Part shown: positions 21,921 through 34,682 of the stretch, piece after piece
Position numbering within the stretch: position 1 is the first letter of the stretch
How the letters are laid out: every line of letters starts with the position of its first letter
Position numbers and translations under genes: made by a program
Source: Dimorphilus gyrociliatus
Taxonomy: Eukaryota > Animalia > Annelida
Length of the DNA stretch: 64,000 nt
Assembly (NCBI GenBank): GCA_904063045.1
Contig: CAJFCJ010000007.1
Coordinates: forward strand, 1,442,698 to 1,506,697
Reading direction: 5' to 3'
Notes under the pieces: model-generated
Seen by the model: only the letters and a program-made list of their open reading frames with translations
Database searches by the model: none
What the model was told of the DNA's origin: nothing

Positions 21921-23782
21921 AACTGAAAAGGTTTATAAACGGCTCTGTTGTCAACTATGTTGCGATCAACATTAATAGGTGGTAATTTAACTTTTGACTG
22001 TGCCTTTGGCTTTTGGCGCCAAGACGACTGTTTTTTCTTTCTTTTCTCTTGTACAAAGGTCATATTGACATCCATAGGCACTTCATCGATTGAATCAAGA
22101 TTATTCTTTCGTTTTACAAAATCAATAATATGCGAAGGTCCTGTTATCGTGATATACAATTTATTTTCTTGCCAATAGGCAACAGATTTTAATTGGGTGG
22201 GTATCCCAGGACGAGCTTTGGAAGAGCTTTGGACACGGACTAGTCGCTTCGTTTCTGCCATCTCAACTCTCTCTGGCTTCCTCAATATTGGCTTAACGTT
22301 AGCTACTGGCTTCTCTGAGACCTCACTGTTAACGATTGTATTATCACTGAACGTTGTCTGTGAGGTTGTCTCTGATGCCACTCGCGTTTGCCAGGGTTTT
22401 GGTCGGTGAATTCTACCAGCTTTCCGAACTTCTATTATAGAAACAGGCTGAACAGGAGGTTTAGGTTGAGGTCTTGACATGTTGTTTAGCCACGGCTTAG
22501 GACGATTATGTATAGCGTCCATTTTTTGTTCGTGACTCAATTTCATTTTAATGGGCGCTGGAGGCTGTTTACGATGCGGTCGATTTAAGAAGCCTGGCCT
22601 TTGAAAGTTCTCCAATTCCAATACCCCATTTGTTATTCCGATCGCGGGTAGAGCTTTATTGGTGAATTTATCACGTGTATGAGACTTTTGATTCATATCA
22701 GTACTCTCCTTCTCCGTGAAATTTTCGAAAGTACCTTCACTATAGCTGTCTTCCGTTTTCTCTTCAATTACTATTAGTTTACTATTTCTTTTTGACCTTT
22801 CGTTTAACTCTTCATCACTTTCTTCTTTCTCAGAACTTTTATCGTCTAACTCGTTTAAAATGTAGTTTTCCTTTTCCTCTTTGTCACTTTCCGGTCTGGA
22901 CGTTCCGAATTCCTCTTCTTTATCAATATCTTCTTCCTGCTCACTATCGCTTTTATGGTTTACCTCCTCCTCCCTTTCACTTTCTATATCAGTTTCAAGT
23001 TTCTTTGTTGTAGCGTCACTCTTATCCTCAAATTTAGGGCTTGGCGACCGCCGTTTACTGTCTTCAACTGATTCTGAATAACTGTATTCACTATAATTAT
23101 CACTTGCTGTCTTTAATGTCTGACGGCCTTCTTCATTTAATGACCGGTCATCCTGCGCGTCAGTCCTTGGGGATAATTTAGGACTTGAAGATTGCTCCTC
23201 AGCGGCCTCAGTTACGTGGGTATTATTTTCATTAAGGCTCTCTGAATGGCTATAATCGCTGGCATACCCCGCTATTTCATTCTGATGCTCACTACCGGCA
23301 GGAGTCTTTGACACCGTTTCCGAGTTGACTACTGGTGGCCTTTCATCTTCATCACCCACGGAGTTATTATGTTCATCGTCTTTCACTTCAGTGTGATTTA
23401 TAACAGTAGGACTGGACGTAGAAGATTTATCACCATTCGATTTTCCATTACTCGCAACTGATGAGTTTTCGGACACTCTTCTTTGATTGTCAGACATTCT
23501 GCTATATGTTTCAACTATGGAACCTTGTCCCACAATTGTAAATCCTTTTTCTGGAGCCGCTTCTGGACTTTTAAAAGGACTTCTTTCACTCTCATAGTCA
23601 TTTTGATCAGTATCTGTTCCTTGATTCATTTCCTCCTCATAGTCTAGTGACACAAATGACTCCTTCTTATCCAATTTATCATAGGTCAGCGGTCGAGTAG
23701 AATTCGTATCAACTTGTTGATCGAAAAATTGGTAATGTATTGGTTGAGTTTCCTCAGTGTCCCAATCAATGCATTCAGACAT
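21917..23782 (-). CDS. Intronless 621-aa acidic/low-complexity protein of unknown function
   Basis: An uninterrupted 1866-nt ORF in an AT-rich genome. Glu/Asp/Ser-rich N-terminal half and basic C-terminal half with two RPKPW motifs. No family recognised. Confidence 0.75.
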   Translation of the reverse strand: MSECIDWDTEETQPIHYQFFDQQVDTNSTRPLTYDKLDKKESFVSLDYEEEMNQGTDTDQNDYESERSPFKSPEAAPEKGFTIVGQGSIVETYSRMSDNQRRVSENSSVASNGKSNGDKSSTSSPTVINHTEVKDDEHNNSVGDEDERPPVVNSETVSKTPAGSEHQNEIAGYASDYSHSESLNENNTHVTEAAEEQSSSPKLSPRTDAQDDRSLNEEGRQTLKTASDNYSEYSYSESVEDSKRRSPSPKFEDKSDATTKKLETDIESEREEEVNHKSDSEQEEDIDKEEEFGTSRPESDKEEKENYILNELDDKSSEKEESDEELNERSKRNSKLIVIEEKTEDSYSEGTFENFTEKESTDMNQKSHTRDKFTNKALPAIGITNGVLELENFQRPGFLNRPHRKQPPAPIKMKLSHEQKMDAIHNRPKPWLNNMSRPQPKPPVQPVSIIEVRKAGRIHRPKPWQTRVASETTSQTTFSDNTIVNSEVSEKPVANVKPILRKPERVEMAETKRLVRVQSSSKARPGIPTQLKSVAYWQENKLYITITGPSHIIDFVKRKNNLDSIDEVPMDVNMTFVQEKRKKKQSSWRQKPKAQSKVKLPPINVDRNIVDNRAVYKPFQF

Positions 23783-24101
23783 ATTTCTCCACGAAATTTC
23801 ACTAACTTAGCAACGCCGGCCTCACGAGACCAGCTTTTAATAATGCGAAATATGATAGCTTATTATGATAACATTCCGTCACCTTGTATTACGACCATTA
23901 CACGCTTACACAATACACATTTTTTTTCTCTACAAAGCATCAATTGTTTTTTTTTTTAAAAAAGAAACAGTTTACGCGATAAAATATATAAAAAAGCATT
24001 CTTGAAAAAAATATTCAATTGTTCTGTAACCATTTATCGATTAACATTTTCGTCATCACTGTCGCGTATAACTTTAGATTTTCTAACGAACGATACTATA
24101 T

Positions 24102-24797
24102 CTATGAGACATCTGAAATGAAATCAAAACATTAAAATAATATTGCAAATTTATTATGTTTAACTTACAGCTCGCGGTTGCGGCATCGTTGAATCGTTGG
24201 CGCAGTTGATCGTGATTGAATTTCAAAAAAGCTTCGTATTGCTCTATACATATGAAACAAAGATTAGCATTTAACAGCTGCGTGAATTTTAAAATGAGTA
24301 CATACCGGCCATTTTCGTGACAAGAACTTTGTCGTATTCTTCTCGTAATTCAGCCTCGTGTTCCTTAAGCATTTTTTCACAAAACAGACTCACTTGCTTG
24401 AAAGTGAATAGAGGCTTATCTTGTTTACAAGGTGAGGATAGTCCCGTAGCCGAACCCGGTGACGTTTCACCGATACAGATTGTCGAATGAGTCGGAGATA
24501 ATTGTCTTCTAGCTCGCATACGGCGAATTTCTGCATGTAGGTTGGCATAAATTTGCTCTGTAAACAAGGATTGAAAAAAAAAATTATGAGGATAAAGCTT
24601 TAACACTTGTGCAACGTACCGTGCGAAAGTCTAGGTGCACAAGCTAAAAATGGCGAAACGGTCGTTTGATGTTGTTTCGTCGGTGGGATATTCGGTGAAA
24701 GAGTCATTGGTGTGCATCTTCTTCGTTTCGGAGACCGAGCTGGAGAATGAAGAGGATCAAATTCTAAACTGCGCTTTAGCGTAGCACCACAAGCCAT
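24102..24797 (-). CDS. AKIRIN2: Akirin
   Basis: [71 protein letters not shown]-terminal SYVS*. Confidence 0.95.
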
Positions 24798-25452
24798 CTT
24801 ATTCTTGCTAATATGCCTCGTAAAAAAATCGCTCAACAATCTAAACCGGACAGATCTTCGAATGATATATCACTCTAAGCTATATAGTTTTCAGATTCTA
24901 GTCTTTTCCAACGATTTCGGAGATATGCAATGATACAACAACCAAACTGTCGCTTTATATTAGCTTATGCGGCTGCGCAAGACTGACTCAGCCTCGTTCT
25001 AAAAACCATAAGTACAAACATTTTAAATTTTAGATATTACAAAAATTTCATGTCATAAAAAATACAATAAATATTTTATAAATATTTATCAATTTTAGAT
25101 TTAAAATAAAAAAATATATTTCAATTTATAAACTTTATCGCAATCACAATACATTTTTGCACAGAACGCAGAAAATTATCTATTCTATAATCGTACAGGT
25201 ATTCACAAAAAAATTTTGTAAATAAAATCAACATACTTAACAAGTTATTCAAATATACATAATAATTACATACTTTTGCTAAAAATGTTATAATCGTTGA
25301 TAAAAAAACGATTTTGAAGCAAACTATACGATTTTTCTTGAGCGATAAAGCCGTGAATTACATTCTATTTTGCAATTGTTTGAAATTGAAACGATTAAAA
25401 TTGAAAAAAAAAACTTGTATAAACTTGTTCCTTTTTAGTTTAATCGAAGAAT

Positions 25453-28400
25453 ATGCCGAGAAAACGGAAAGGACAACTTCCCCAAAAACTTAATGAAGAC
25501 AAACGAAAGAAACTTACTTGGAATATGTTTGAAAGTATTGACAATAATCCGTCAACTTTGGAAAAAAGTGGCGATCCCAGTACACAATCAGCCAATGAAC
25601 CAGAAAGTATTGTAGAGGAAACAAATAAACCACAAAAAATACCTTTTAATACAATAACAAGCTTATCAAAGCATATGATAAGCAGCAAATTCAACTTCGA
25701 TTCGTTTGGTAATGAATCAACAGACCAAACTTTAACCTGTCTAGTAGAAAATATTTCTGTAAAAATCCTAGACCATTCAGAAGAACTGTATACACAGTTT
25801 ATAGCCAATTTAACGGAGGGAGTGATAGTATTAACTTATAAAAAAGGCCTATATTCAAGAAATAAAAAATTTGAATGCTTTTTGTTAATTTCTGAGAATT
25901 ACATCGGTATTGAATTCGAAGATGATGAGATAATTCATGCACTAATGAGCAAAAAATTTACGATACAACTAAAGAATAAGGATAAAGAAGGATTTTTATT
26001 GTTTAATTTATATTTAAACTTAAGCGCTTTATCTTCAATTCGCTGGCCAAGTGAATCATGGCGTACCACAAATTTTAATGTTTGTATTGGAAATTTAATG
26101 GAAAAATACTATGGAAAAAATTCACCATGTAAGCGTTATTGTCCAATTATTCCCCATTGTTTTTGTTTTTAACTATTGTTTTCTATTCATTTACACTTAG
26201 TTATGAAAAATTTCGAAAGAGAGAATATTAGCATACAATGTATTTATGATTTGTTAGAAAAAAAGCAACCAATATGTCCATCCAAGAATCAAACATTTAA
26301 ACATTCAGCTTTAAAAGTTAGCTTACGTCCTTATCAGAATCAATCCGTTGCTTGGATGCTACAAAAAGAGACTACACACCGAGGTAGAGATATATTAACA
26401 CTACCACTTAATTGATATTTATTAATATACTTTGAAATATTAGAACAAGACGAAACTCTTCATTGCCTTTATGAAGAGTTCTATTCGAAGAGTGGCCATC
26501 TACTTTACTATCAGAAATTTGGTGGAAAGTATGAAAAACATTTTTTAAATTCTTGGTTTATAGTTTGACACTTAATGTTACAGTATTGTAACAAAGAGGC
26601 CTTTATCCTGTCTGAATCCACCAGGTGGAATTCTAGCAGATGAAATGGGATTGGGAAAAACGGTCGAGGTTCTTGCATGCATTCTATCCAATCCTAGACA
26701 ATTAATAACAAACACTATTGAAACGGAGCAGGTTGTTTACAAAAAGCTTAATGTATTAAGATATTGTACATATACTCTATATTTGTCATGAATAGAAGAC
26801 AAAACGAATAAAAGAACAAGAATCTAATTCCTCAAAACTAAAAGAAACCACTAAATACAATTATCTAAATTTGGATTGCGTTTGTGGAGTATCAAAAATC
26901 GAAATAAATTCCAAGAACAAGTTAGTAGAACTAATTAAATTCGCATATTGAAATTTGTTCAGCCTCTTTCCTAAATAGAATACAATGTTCGGAATGCAAC
27001 ATCTGGCAGCATCCTAAATGTCTCAACTATGATATTAACTATCCTCACAAAGAACCTTTTAAATGTCCTCATTGCCTTGTATCTTCGGTAAATTAAAATC
27101 TATTTTTAGAATAATTTTTTCACATTAAACTTGTAAAATCTACTTAAAAGCCACCTTTAAAATCTACTGCTACATTAATTGTAACACCGACTTCCATTAA
27201 TGCGCAATGGATAGAAGAAATTAAAAGACACGTTCATATGGAATGTTTTAGCTTATACGTCTATGAAGGGGTTCAAAAAACCGGATTTATTCAACCTTAC
27301 TATCTTGCTAATCATGATCTAGTCTTAATGACTTATGAAACGCTCCGTAAGGAGATTAATTATGTTGATTTACCACATGCGAGTAAGCGTTCTAGTATTT
27401 TTTATGATTTATTTATTAAATAGAGATATTCTACACAAATTGGATAACTAATATTTATTTCAAAGGCAAAGAAGGGAGATCGTTGAGAAACTCTAAAAGA
27501 TACATGACTATTCCAAGTCCGTTATTAGTGATAGAGTGGTGGAGAGTCTGCTTGGACGAAGCTCAAATGGTCGAAGGAACCACAACAAAAGTAATCGCAC
27601 ATACTTGCAAATAGCTCAAGTTTGATATTAGAAATTCAATAATTTTATTTCTTTTGTTTAGACCGCTGAAATGGCTCTACGATTAAATTCAGTAAACAGA
27701 TGGTGTATTACTGGAACACCTTTGCAAAGGGGCATTGAAGGTTCATTCAACTAAATACTTTATTGTCATTTGAATATAAACTAACCCTATCCTTTTAAAA
27801 AGACATATATGGGCTTGTTTTATTTTTGGGTGTCGACCCGTATTTTGTTCAATTGTGGTGGCGTCGAGCCCTTCTTGAACCCTTCTTTATCGGAAATAAA
27901 GAACCAATGAAAGTTCTCTTAAATAACATCATGTGGAGAACTTCGAAATCCGAAGTCATAGATCAGATTCAAATTCCTGACCAATCCGAAATTATACATT
28001 GGCTAAACCTGTCATCAATCGAAGAGCATTTCTATAGAACAACACAAGAGCTTTGCGTTAAACAAGACGGTCATAATATGGCGAAATTTCCATCAGAAAT
28101 TAAGCTGTCACAATTAGATAAATCCTCCTTAAATAAAATATTAAATCCTTTATTACGTCTACGACAAGCTTGCTGCCATCCAAAAGCTGTAAGAGGAAAG
28201 TTTTCAACGAAAAAGTTAGTTTACTTCTGATTTGAGAGAAGCCTCTTATCCTCTTTCATCCTTTCAGCATAATGACTATGAGCGAACTCTTAGACACCAT
28301 GATTCACAGGACTGTTCGGGAATGTGAGGAGGCCCATAGGCAATTTGTAGCATCTTTAAACGGATTAGCAGCTATTGCTCTTATTAAGAATGATGTAGAA

Positions 28401-30968
28401 CATATCCTACTCTATTCGATTGTGCTAATAGATATATCTTTGTGTTATTTTAGGTCAAAGAAGCTGTTAACTTGTATAGAAACGTTTTGCAATCTGTGAC
28501 AGAATATTCAACTGAGCTCAGAACGGATGAGATACAACAACTTCATACTCTAGAGAACTTACAAGAAGTATTAGTGGAACATCCTTCAGATGAGTATGGT
28601 AGGACTTTAAGAGAAGAAAATATACCTGCTGAAGTACATACTAAACAAAATGTTATAATAATTAACATTAAAATTGTATTATTTTTAGATCAGTCAAATT
28701 AAAGAGAAATATATAAGTCAGCGTCAAATCAAGTTTGAAGGTGCACTTGATGGATGGAAAACAGTGAAAAGATCTTTAGATGAAAATATGGAAAATCTAA
28801 ATTACAGTTGGTGGGGAGAGATGCTATCCTTAAAGAATGAAGACATGCTTCTAAATTCCTTAATCATTAGAGTAAAAAATGATCTTCGTAGTAAATCAAA
28901 ATTAGGAGGAGGTAATATTGCCGGAGCTTTCAAGAACGCAAATGGGCTTATGTATATTATTGATAAATTTTCAAACGAACTTATGACAAGTAGAAATGAG
29001 TTGCTAGCTACGATAGAATCTCTATGTGGCTTTCCAGAGAAGCAGCAGGTTGAAGAGGTTGCATCGTGTTGTTTAAGACCTGAAACTGACGAGGCGAAAG
29101 CTTCGAAAGAGTAAATTATTTGACTAAACAGATAATACTTTAGAAAACTTAAATTGATAATATTTTCAGCTGCAAATTCTGCAATTGTAATCGATTGCTT
29201 CAGTATTACGAAAGCAAATTATTTTCAATTAGTGATAAGTAAAAATTCTCTTAAACAATTTAACTTATTAAACAATTTACAAACGTTTTATTGATAGGAA
29301 TATTGAAGATGAAGAAAATGAGCATGGACTATTTACTCTAAAGCCAGAAGGAAATTGGGCGGATTCTTCTTTAGAAATAATACTTAAAGCGCTTATAAGT
29401 TTTGGAAAAACTTACAGCCCTTGGAAGTATCTAAGTGACAATGGTTCTCAACACGTCCTAATTATTGATAAAATGAAAAAAGAATTTCGTGTAAGCCTTT
29501 CAATTTCTAGTCTATGAACATATTTTCATGTCTTTCTATTTATAAAGTGCCTTCGTTCTATTTGGACCACATCAAGAGACCGAATCAGTGCATTAGACGA
29601 GTTGGAGATGGCAAAAATTCGATTTAGATTACGTAAATCGTACGAAGACAGATCGAGCTCAACAGCAACATATATACTTGAGCAGCATCAAGTAAATGAA
29701 CAAAAGTTAAAGTTAGCTTCAGATAAAATAGTATCAAAAAATGATTTGTCCAGAAAACTTGGTCAACTAAGATACTTAAGGAATTTAGCAGTAGTATGTT
29801 TCATAAATACTTTATCTATTATGTAATATTCACTTGTAACAAAATATTCAGCGATCACCAAACGATTCAGAGCCCATCAACAATTTAGATCCATGTCCAG
29901 TATGCGCAAGAGACTTATCAGACAAAGTTCGATTGCTTAACGTAACTAATCAGATTTCCATGAATTCAAGATATTTTTTATTTTAGTGGTCCGTCCTACA
30001 TTGTGGACATTGCTTGTGTTTGGATTGTATAAAGGTTATAATAACTAGAACACGAGCGCCCGGAGTCAACAAAGGGTCTTGCGCCTGTCCAATATGTAGA
30101 CAGAGAACAAACCATGAAGATATATCTTTCGTGTACAACTCGAAAACAAATAACGAAGTTTATGATGAAGAAGATAAGATGATAAGTAACAAATACGAAA
30201 TAGAAGTAAAACTTTTATATATAACTTTCGGCTGAAATTCTAAGAAATGCACTTTTTAGGGCGATCACTCTACTAAAATTAAAAATATTGTTAAGTGTCT
30301 CATGTATATCCAGTCGACCACGCCTGACGCTAAATCTTTGGTCTTCTCAACAGTAAGGAGAAACTAACAATATGCTTTTATTAATAGACGTTCTACAACG
30401 TACTGTTTTTTTTTCAAATCAGTGGCCGGAAGTACTTGAGGTTCTATCGAAAGCGCTGAATCAAAACAATATGAAATCCTTAGTTCTGAATCATTCTGCG
30501 AAATACAAGGTAAAATAAATTTCTGAACATCCTTATTGACTTTTATTTCTTCATTCCTTAGGATGTACTCAGCGCTTTTCGGGAAGGAAACGACGCAAGA
30601 ATACTACTACTTCCTGTCCATGCAGGAGCGAATGGTCTCAATTTGATTGAAGCGACACATGTTCTATTTGTTGAACCTCTGCTTAATCCAGCTCAAGAAT
30701 TACAAGCTATAGGCAGAGTTCATCGAATTGGCCAAACAAAGCTAGCTTTTAATAAATTAGTTTTAGAATTTAGTCTAGATTTTTTATTTTTAACAGGGAA
30801 ACGTTCGTTCATCATTTTATCATCCGGAGAACCGTAGAAGAGAGGGTCAAGCTGTTTTCTCAGAGTTTAAAAAGTGATGAAACAAGAGCAATGACTGTGG
30901 GCGACATTTCCTCTTTGGTGCATGCTACTTCTGACAAAGAGACCAATGAAGTTACTCAAGTTGATTAA
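25453..30968 (+). CDS. SHPRH: SNF2/PHD/RING E3 ligase-helicase SHPRH
   Basis: LRPYQNQSVAW, GGILADEMGLGKTVEVLACIL, PHD (LDCVCG..QCSECNIWQHPKC..CPHC), WRVCLDEAQMVE, LRLRQACCHP, RING (CPVCARD..CGHCLCLDC..CPICR), ANGLNLIEATHV, QAIGRVHRIGQTK. Confidence 0.93.
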
Positions 30969-31414
30969 GAAATCTTATATTTATAGAATAGCAAAATATA
31001 ATTTAATCTGCTAAATAAAATTCTGTAGGCTTGATTGCAAAACTGTTAAAATTCGGCTAATATCATAAGTTGTCAGTTGCAACGCAAAGATTAAATTAGA
31101 GGTATTTCCTAATTTCACACTAAATCAATATTAGCATGAAATTGGTTAACTATAGGCTTAGGTAACGTACTCGCACACAATAATTACCAGAAACTGCATT
31201 TTTTAAAAAACGTCATGTTTTTTTTTTTAACATCTTCTTTATCCCGTTAATGAACCTTATAATAATTACAGATAGGAATTAATAAAAGGCTATGGAAATC
31301 ACCAAACGATCGATAGATTATTTTTATCACTGAGATAAAAATAATCAACTTATAAATTTTACACTGCAACTATGTTCTATTCAGAGACTAGACGAATATT
31401 CATCTTGTCCTTAT

Positions 31415-32514
31415 TCATAAGAATAACTTAGCAATTGTTATTCCAACGAAGATTAGGATGATGCCAGCCACCACATGAATTCCAGTTGGTAGTGCTGTTT
31501 GTTGCTCGCTAAGTTGTCCCCCATCAGAAGGTGCCTTTTTCGAAAAACTATCCTTTTGAACAAGCTTCTTCAAACGTTCGTTTTCGTCCTGAGATTATTA
31601 AGAAATCAAGAAATTACAGAAAATAAAAATCAACTGTTTTTACCTTTAACTTTTGGTTTTCATTTTGAAAAAGAGCTAAAGTATCCTTCATTTTCCTCTG
31701 ATCATCGACGGGCTTGTCTCTACTCGTTTCCATCGTCTAAGAAATAGGCACATAGAGATGAAGCTATACCATATTGTTTAATAACTTACTCTAGTTGGTA
31801 CAGGGGCATCTTGTGTTAATAGCTGCGGTGTTGTAGTAGTTAAATTCTCTTCTTTGGATAGATTCAAATTATTCTGATCAAAAACAGTATTATAGTAATA
31901 ACAATAGACAATTTTTAATTTATTATTTATACTTGTAACTGTTCCTGAGCAGGCATATCAAACACACATTTCAGCTTTGAGTCCATTATTTTTTCGCCAG
32001 AGGCATTTTTCCACTGCAAAGATATTTATTGATTTTTTTTATTTTACATTAATGTAGGACTAACCAAATTTTCCAAGTTTTCGATATGGCCTTCTGGTAC
32101 AATCATAGTTTGAACCATAAATTTATGCTTATTTTTTTCATTTGGATCGTATTCGAATGGTTGTAGCATTACTGAATTAAGTAAAAGGATTCAACTTTAC
32201 TGAATAACATATGATATTATTTTTTAGCAGAATCATTACCTGCAACGGTTACGGTAGAGTTGGGATCAATGATTCCACCATTTGGTCGGACACAGTAGCG
32301 CCTTGGAGCCGTAGTTTTTACTTTGAAACATACTTTTTTATCCAAAGGATTTTTTAAAACCAACTCAGACGTTACAACGTCAGTGAATGGTCCTGATATG
32401 AGAAATACGTACTCGTTATGTGGAGTGTGTAATATTTTATATGTTCGCTTAATTACCTTTGAATCGCAGCTCGTGATACGGCTCTAACTGAAGGACTTGC
32501 TCCAGTTTTGACAT
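31415..32514 (-). CDS. VAPB: VAMP-associated protein (MSP domain, coiled coil, C-terminal TM)
   Basis: [57 protein letters not shown]-terminal TM ending IAKLFL*. VAPA versus VAPB is not resolvable. Confidence 0.92.
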
Positions 32515-32742
32515 TCTTGCTTTTTAATCTTGATGTTTAAACCATTCACAAGTGGCTAAAGAGCATCTGAGAGAAAATTTCGACGATCTCGTTTTCACTT
32601 AAGGAAGCGGAAATGACGGGTTAAACTGACGTCTTGTTTTCGAATGTTCCAGTTTTTATACGAAACTCAAAAAATCTTCCCTGCTCGTCTTTATATTTAA
32701 TTAACTTATTTTATTCCATATATGTTATTAACTAGATTAGTA

Positions 32743-32750
32743 CCGGAAGT
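32743..32750 (+). promoter_or_regulatory. ETS/GABP-type motif CCGGAAGT in the VAP/NOB1 divergent promoter
   Basis: taCCGGAAGT. The same ACCGGAAGT 9-mer recurs at 36772-36780 and, reversed, at 43668-43676 in two other divergent promoters. Confidence 0.45.
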
Positions 32751-32898
32751 ACAGCAAATTACGGCAAAATATTCATCAACATCTAGCAGATCGCAAAATC
32801 GAATGACATCATCGATTCTATATAAAATATTATTTTATATCGTATCAACCGATAAGTTGGATTCGATTATTGAAGTTTTATTTTTCGCTATCTGCATC

Positions 32899-34418
32899 AT
32901 GAAAATTAAACGTCTTGTTGTAGACTCAGGCTGTTTCATACGTAATATACAATTGCAGGTCAGTATTAATAAAAACGATTTTCTTTGTGGTTTAATGGGA
33001 GATAATCATTAAAGAAGATGATTTTGATCAGGGATTAACTGAACACGTGGTTACTGTAAATGAAGTAATAAGTGAAATCAAGGATAAGAGAACTAAGGAA
33101 TCATTACAAGTCTTACCGTATGAATTTACACTCAAAAGTCCTGATGTTGAAGCTTTACATCATGGTATTTAGACTTTTATTTCCTTTATCTTTAAGATCA
33201 ATGTTTTAAATATTTCCAGTAACAAACTTTTCAAAGAAAACCGGAGATTATGCAAGTCTGTCAGCTACTGATCTAAAAGTCATCGCCTTGACGTTCGCTT
33301 TAGAAAAAGAAGTAAATGGTACAGACCATCTGAAAAACGAACCAGGCTCAAAAGTAATATAGAGTAATTTCTAAGTTATTTTTGTAAGATTGAAATGTTT
33401 TGTAGGTTCAGCTAAAATCAACATGGAAAAGATTTGATAATCCTAAAGATATATCAGGGTTTTTTATAGAAAAATCATCAGATAAAAATTCTAAAAAAGA
33501 AAAATCCACTAATAGCCAGAATTCTCAAGAAAAAGTATACAAGTCAGAAGATGAACAAGATAAAGAGTCAATTCAAGCAAGTATAGAGAGTTCTGAATCA
33601 TCACCAAATGCAGAAAAAACAGAATCGAACGAAATAGTAAATGAAGGAGAGGAAATTCCTGGAGATGCTATTGAAGCAAGTGAAAGTGAAGAAAATGAAG
33701 ATGATGAAGAAGGGTGGATAACGCCATCAAATGTTCGGAGTATAAGAGCAAAAATGGGCAATATTGATTTAGATGAAAAAAAAGAAATAGATGTAGCATG
33801 TATTACAACAGATTTCGCAATGCAGGTAATTTCCAATTTTTTATTTTACTATTTATACAATATTTTTCAAAATTCCAGAATGTCCTTCTTCAACTCGGAC
33901 TGAACGTTATATCCGAAAACGGAATGTTAATAAAAAGTGCCAAAAGTTATATATTACGATGTTTCGCATGCTTTAAGTATGTAATTTCTCCTTGATAGAC
34001 ATTCTAATGAAAAACAATTTAATATAGAATAACCAAGAAAATGGATAAAGAGTTTTGTCCACATTGTGGTAATGCAAATACCTTGAAAAAAGTATCAATG
34101 TCTGTGGACAAGGATGGAAATGTCCGCATATATCTATCACGAAGAAAAAAAATTTCACGTCGAGGACTTAAATATTCCCTTCCTACTCCAAAAGGTGGAA
34201 AACACGCAAATAACCCTATTCTTTTTGCCGATCAACCCGTTCCCCAGCAAAGATCTTCGAAAGCGTCAAGAAAGAAGATGGATGTCCTAAATGACGATTT
34301 TCTGGCATCTAGCTCCCCATTTGCTGTTAAAGACATTTACTCTCGTTCAGCTATGTTAGGTATAAAACAATCTGGAAGAAGTAGACGAAATCCAAACGAA
34401 AGCGGACGAAGGAAGTAA
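32899..34418 (+). CDS. NOB1: NOB1 18S rRNA-processing PIN endonuclease
   Basis: MKIKRLVVDSGCFIRN (PIN), TGDYASLSATDLKVIAL, ITTDFAMQNVLLQLGL, Zn ribbon CFAC..FCPHCGN, KYSLPTPKGGKHA. Confidence 0.93.
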
Positions 34419-34682
34419 AACTTCGAACTCACTTCAAATGTTATATTTTTAAATGAAAAGGAAAAAATGATGAACGTTTTCAAAGTAAAGTATAGCACAA
34501 CAATTGATAAGTGATCACAAATGGCGGACTAACCGTCATGCAGTTTAAAATAGAGCAAGATAAGAACCAAAACTTGTCTTTTTGCATTAGCAGTCTCGAA
34601 ATGAGTCTTTTTATATAACGGGCGAAAAAAAAATACAAAAACTGCGTATATTAAATGTGGCCATAACGAGATCTGCATGATA

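Noticed and set aside
31681-31690. GTATCCTTC and similar U12-like donor strings (also ATATCCTTT at about 4956)
   Set aside because: They lie antisense within coding exons and have no matching branch point.
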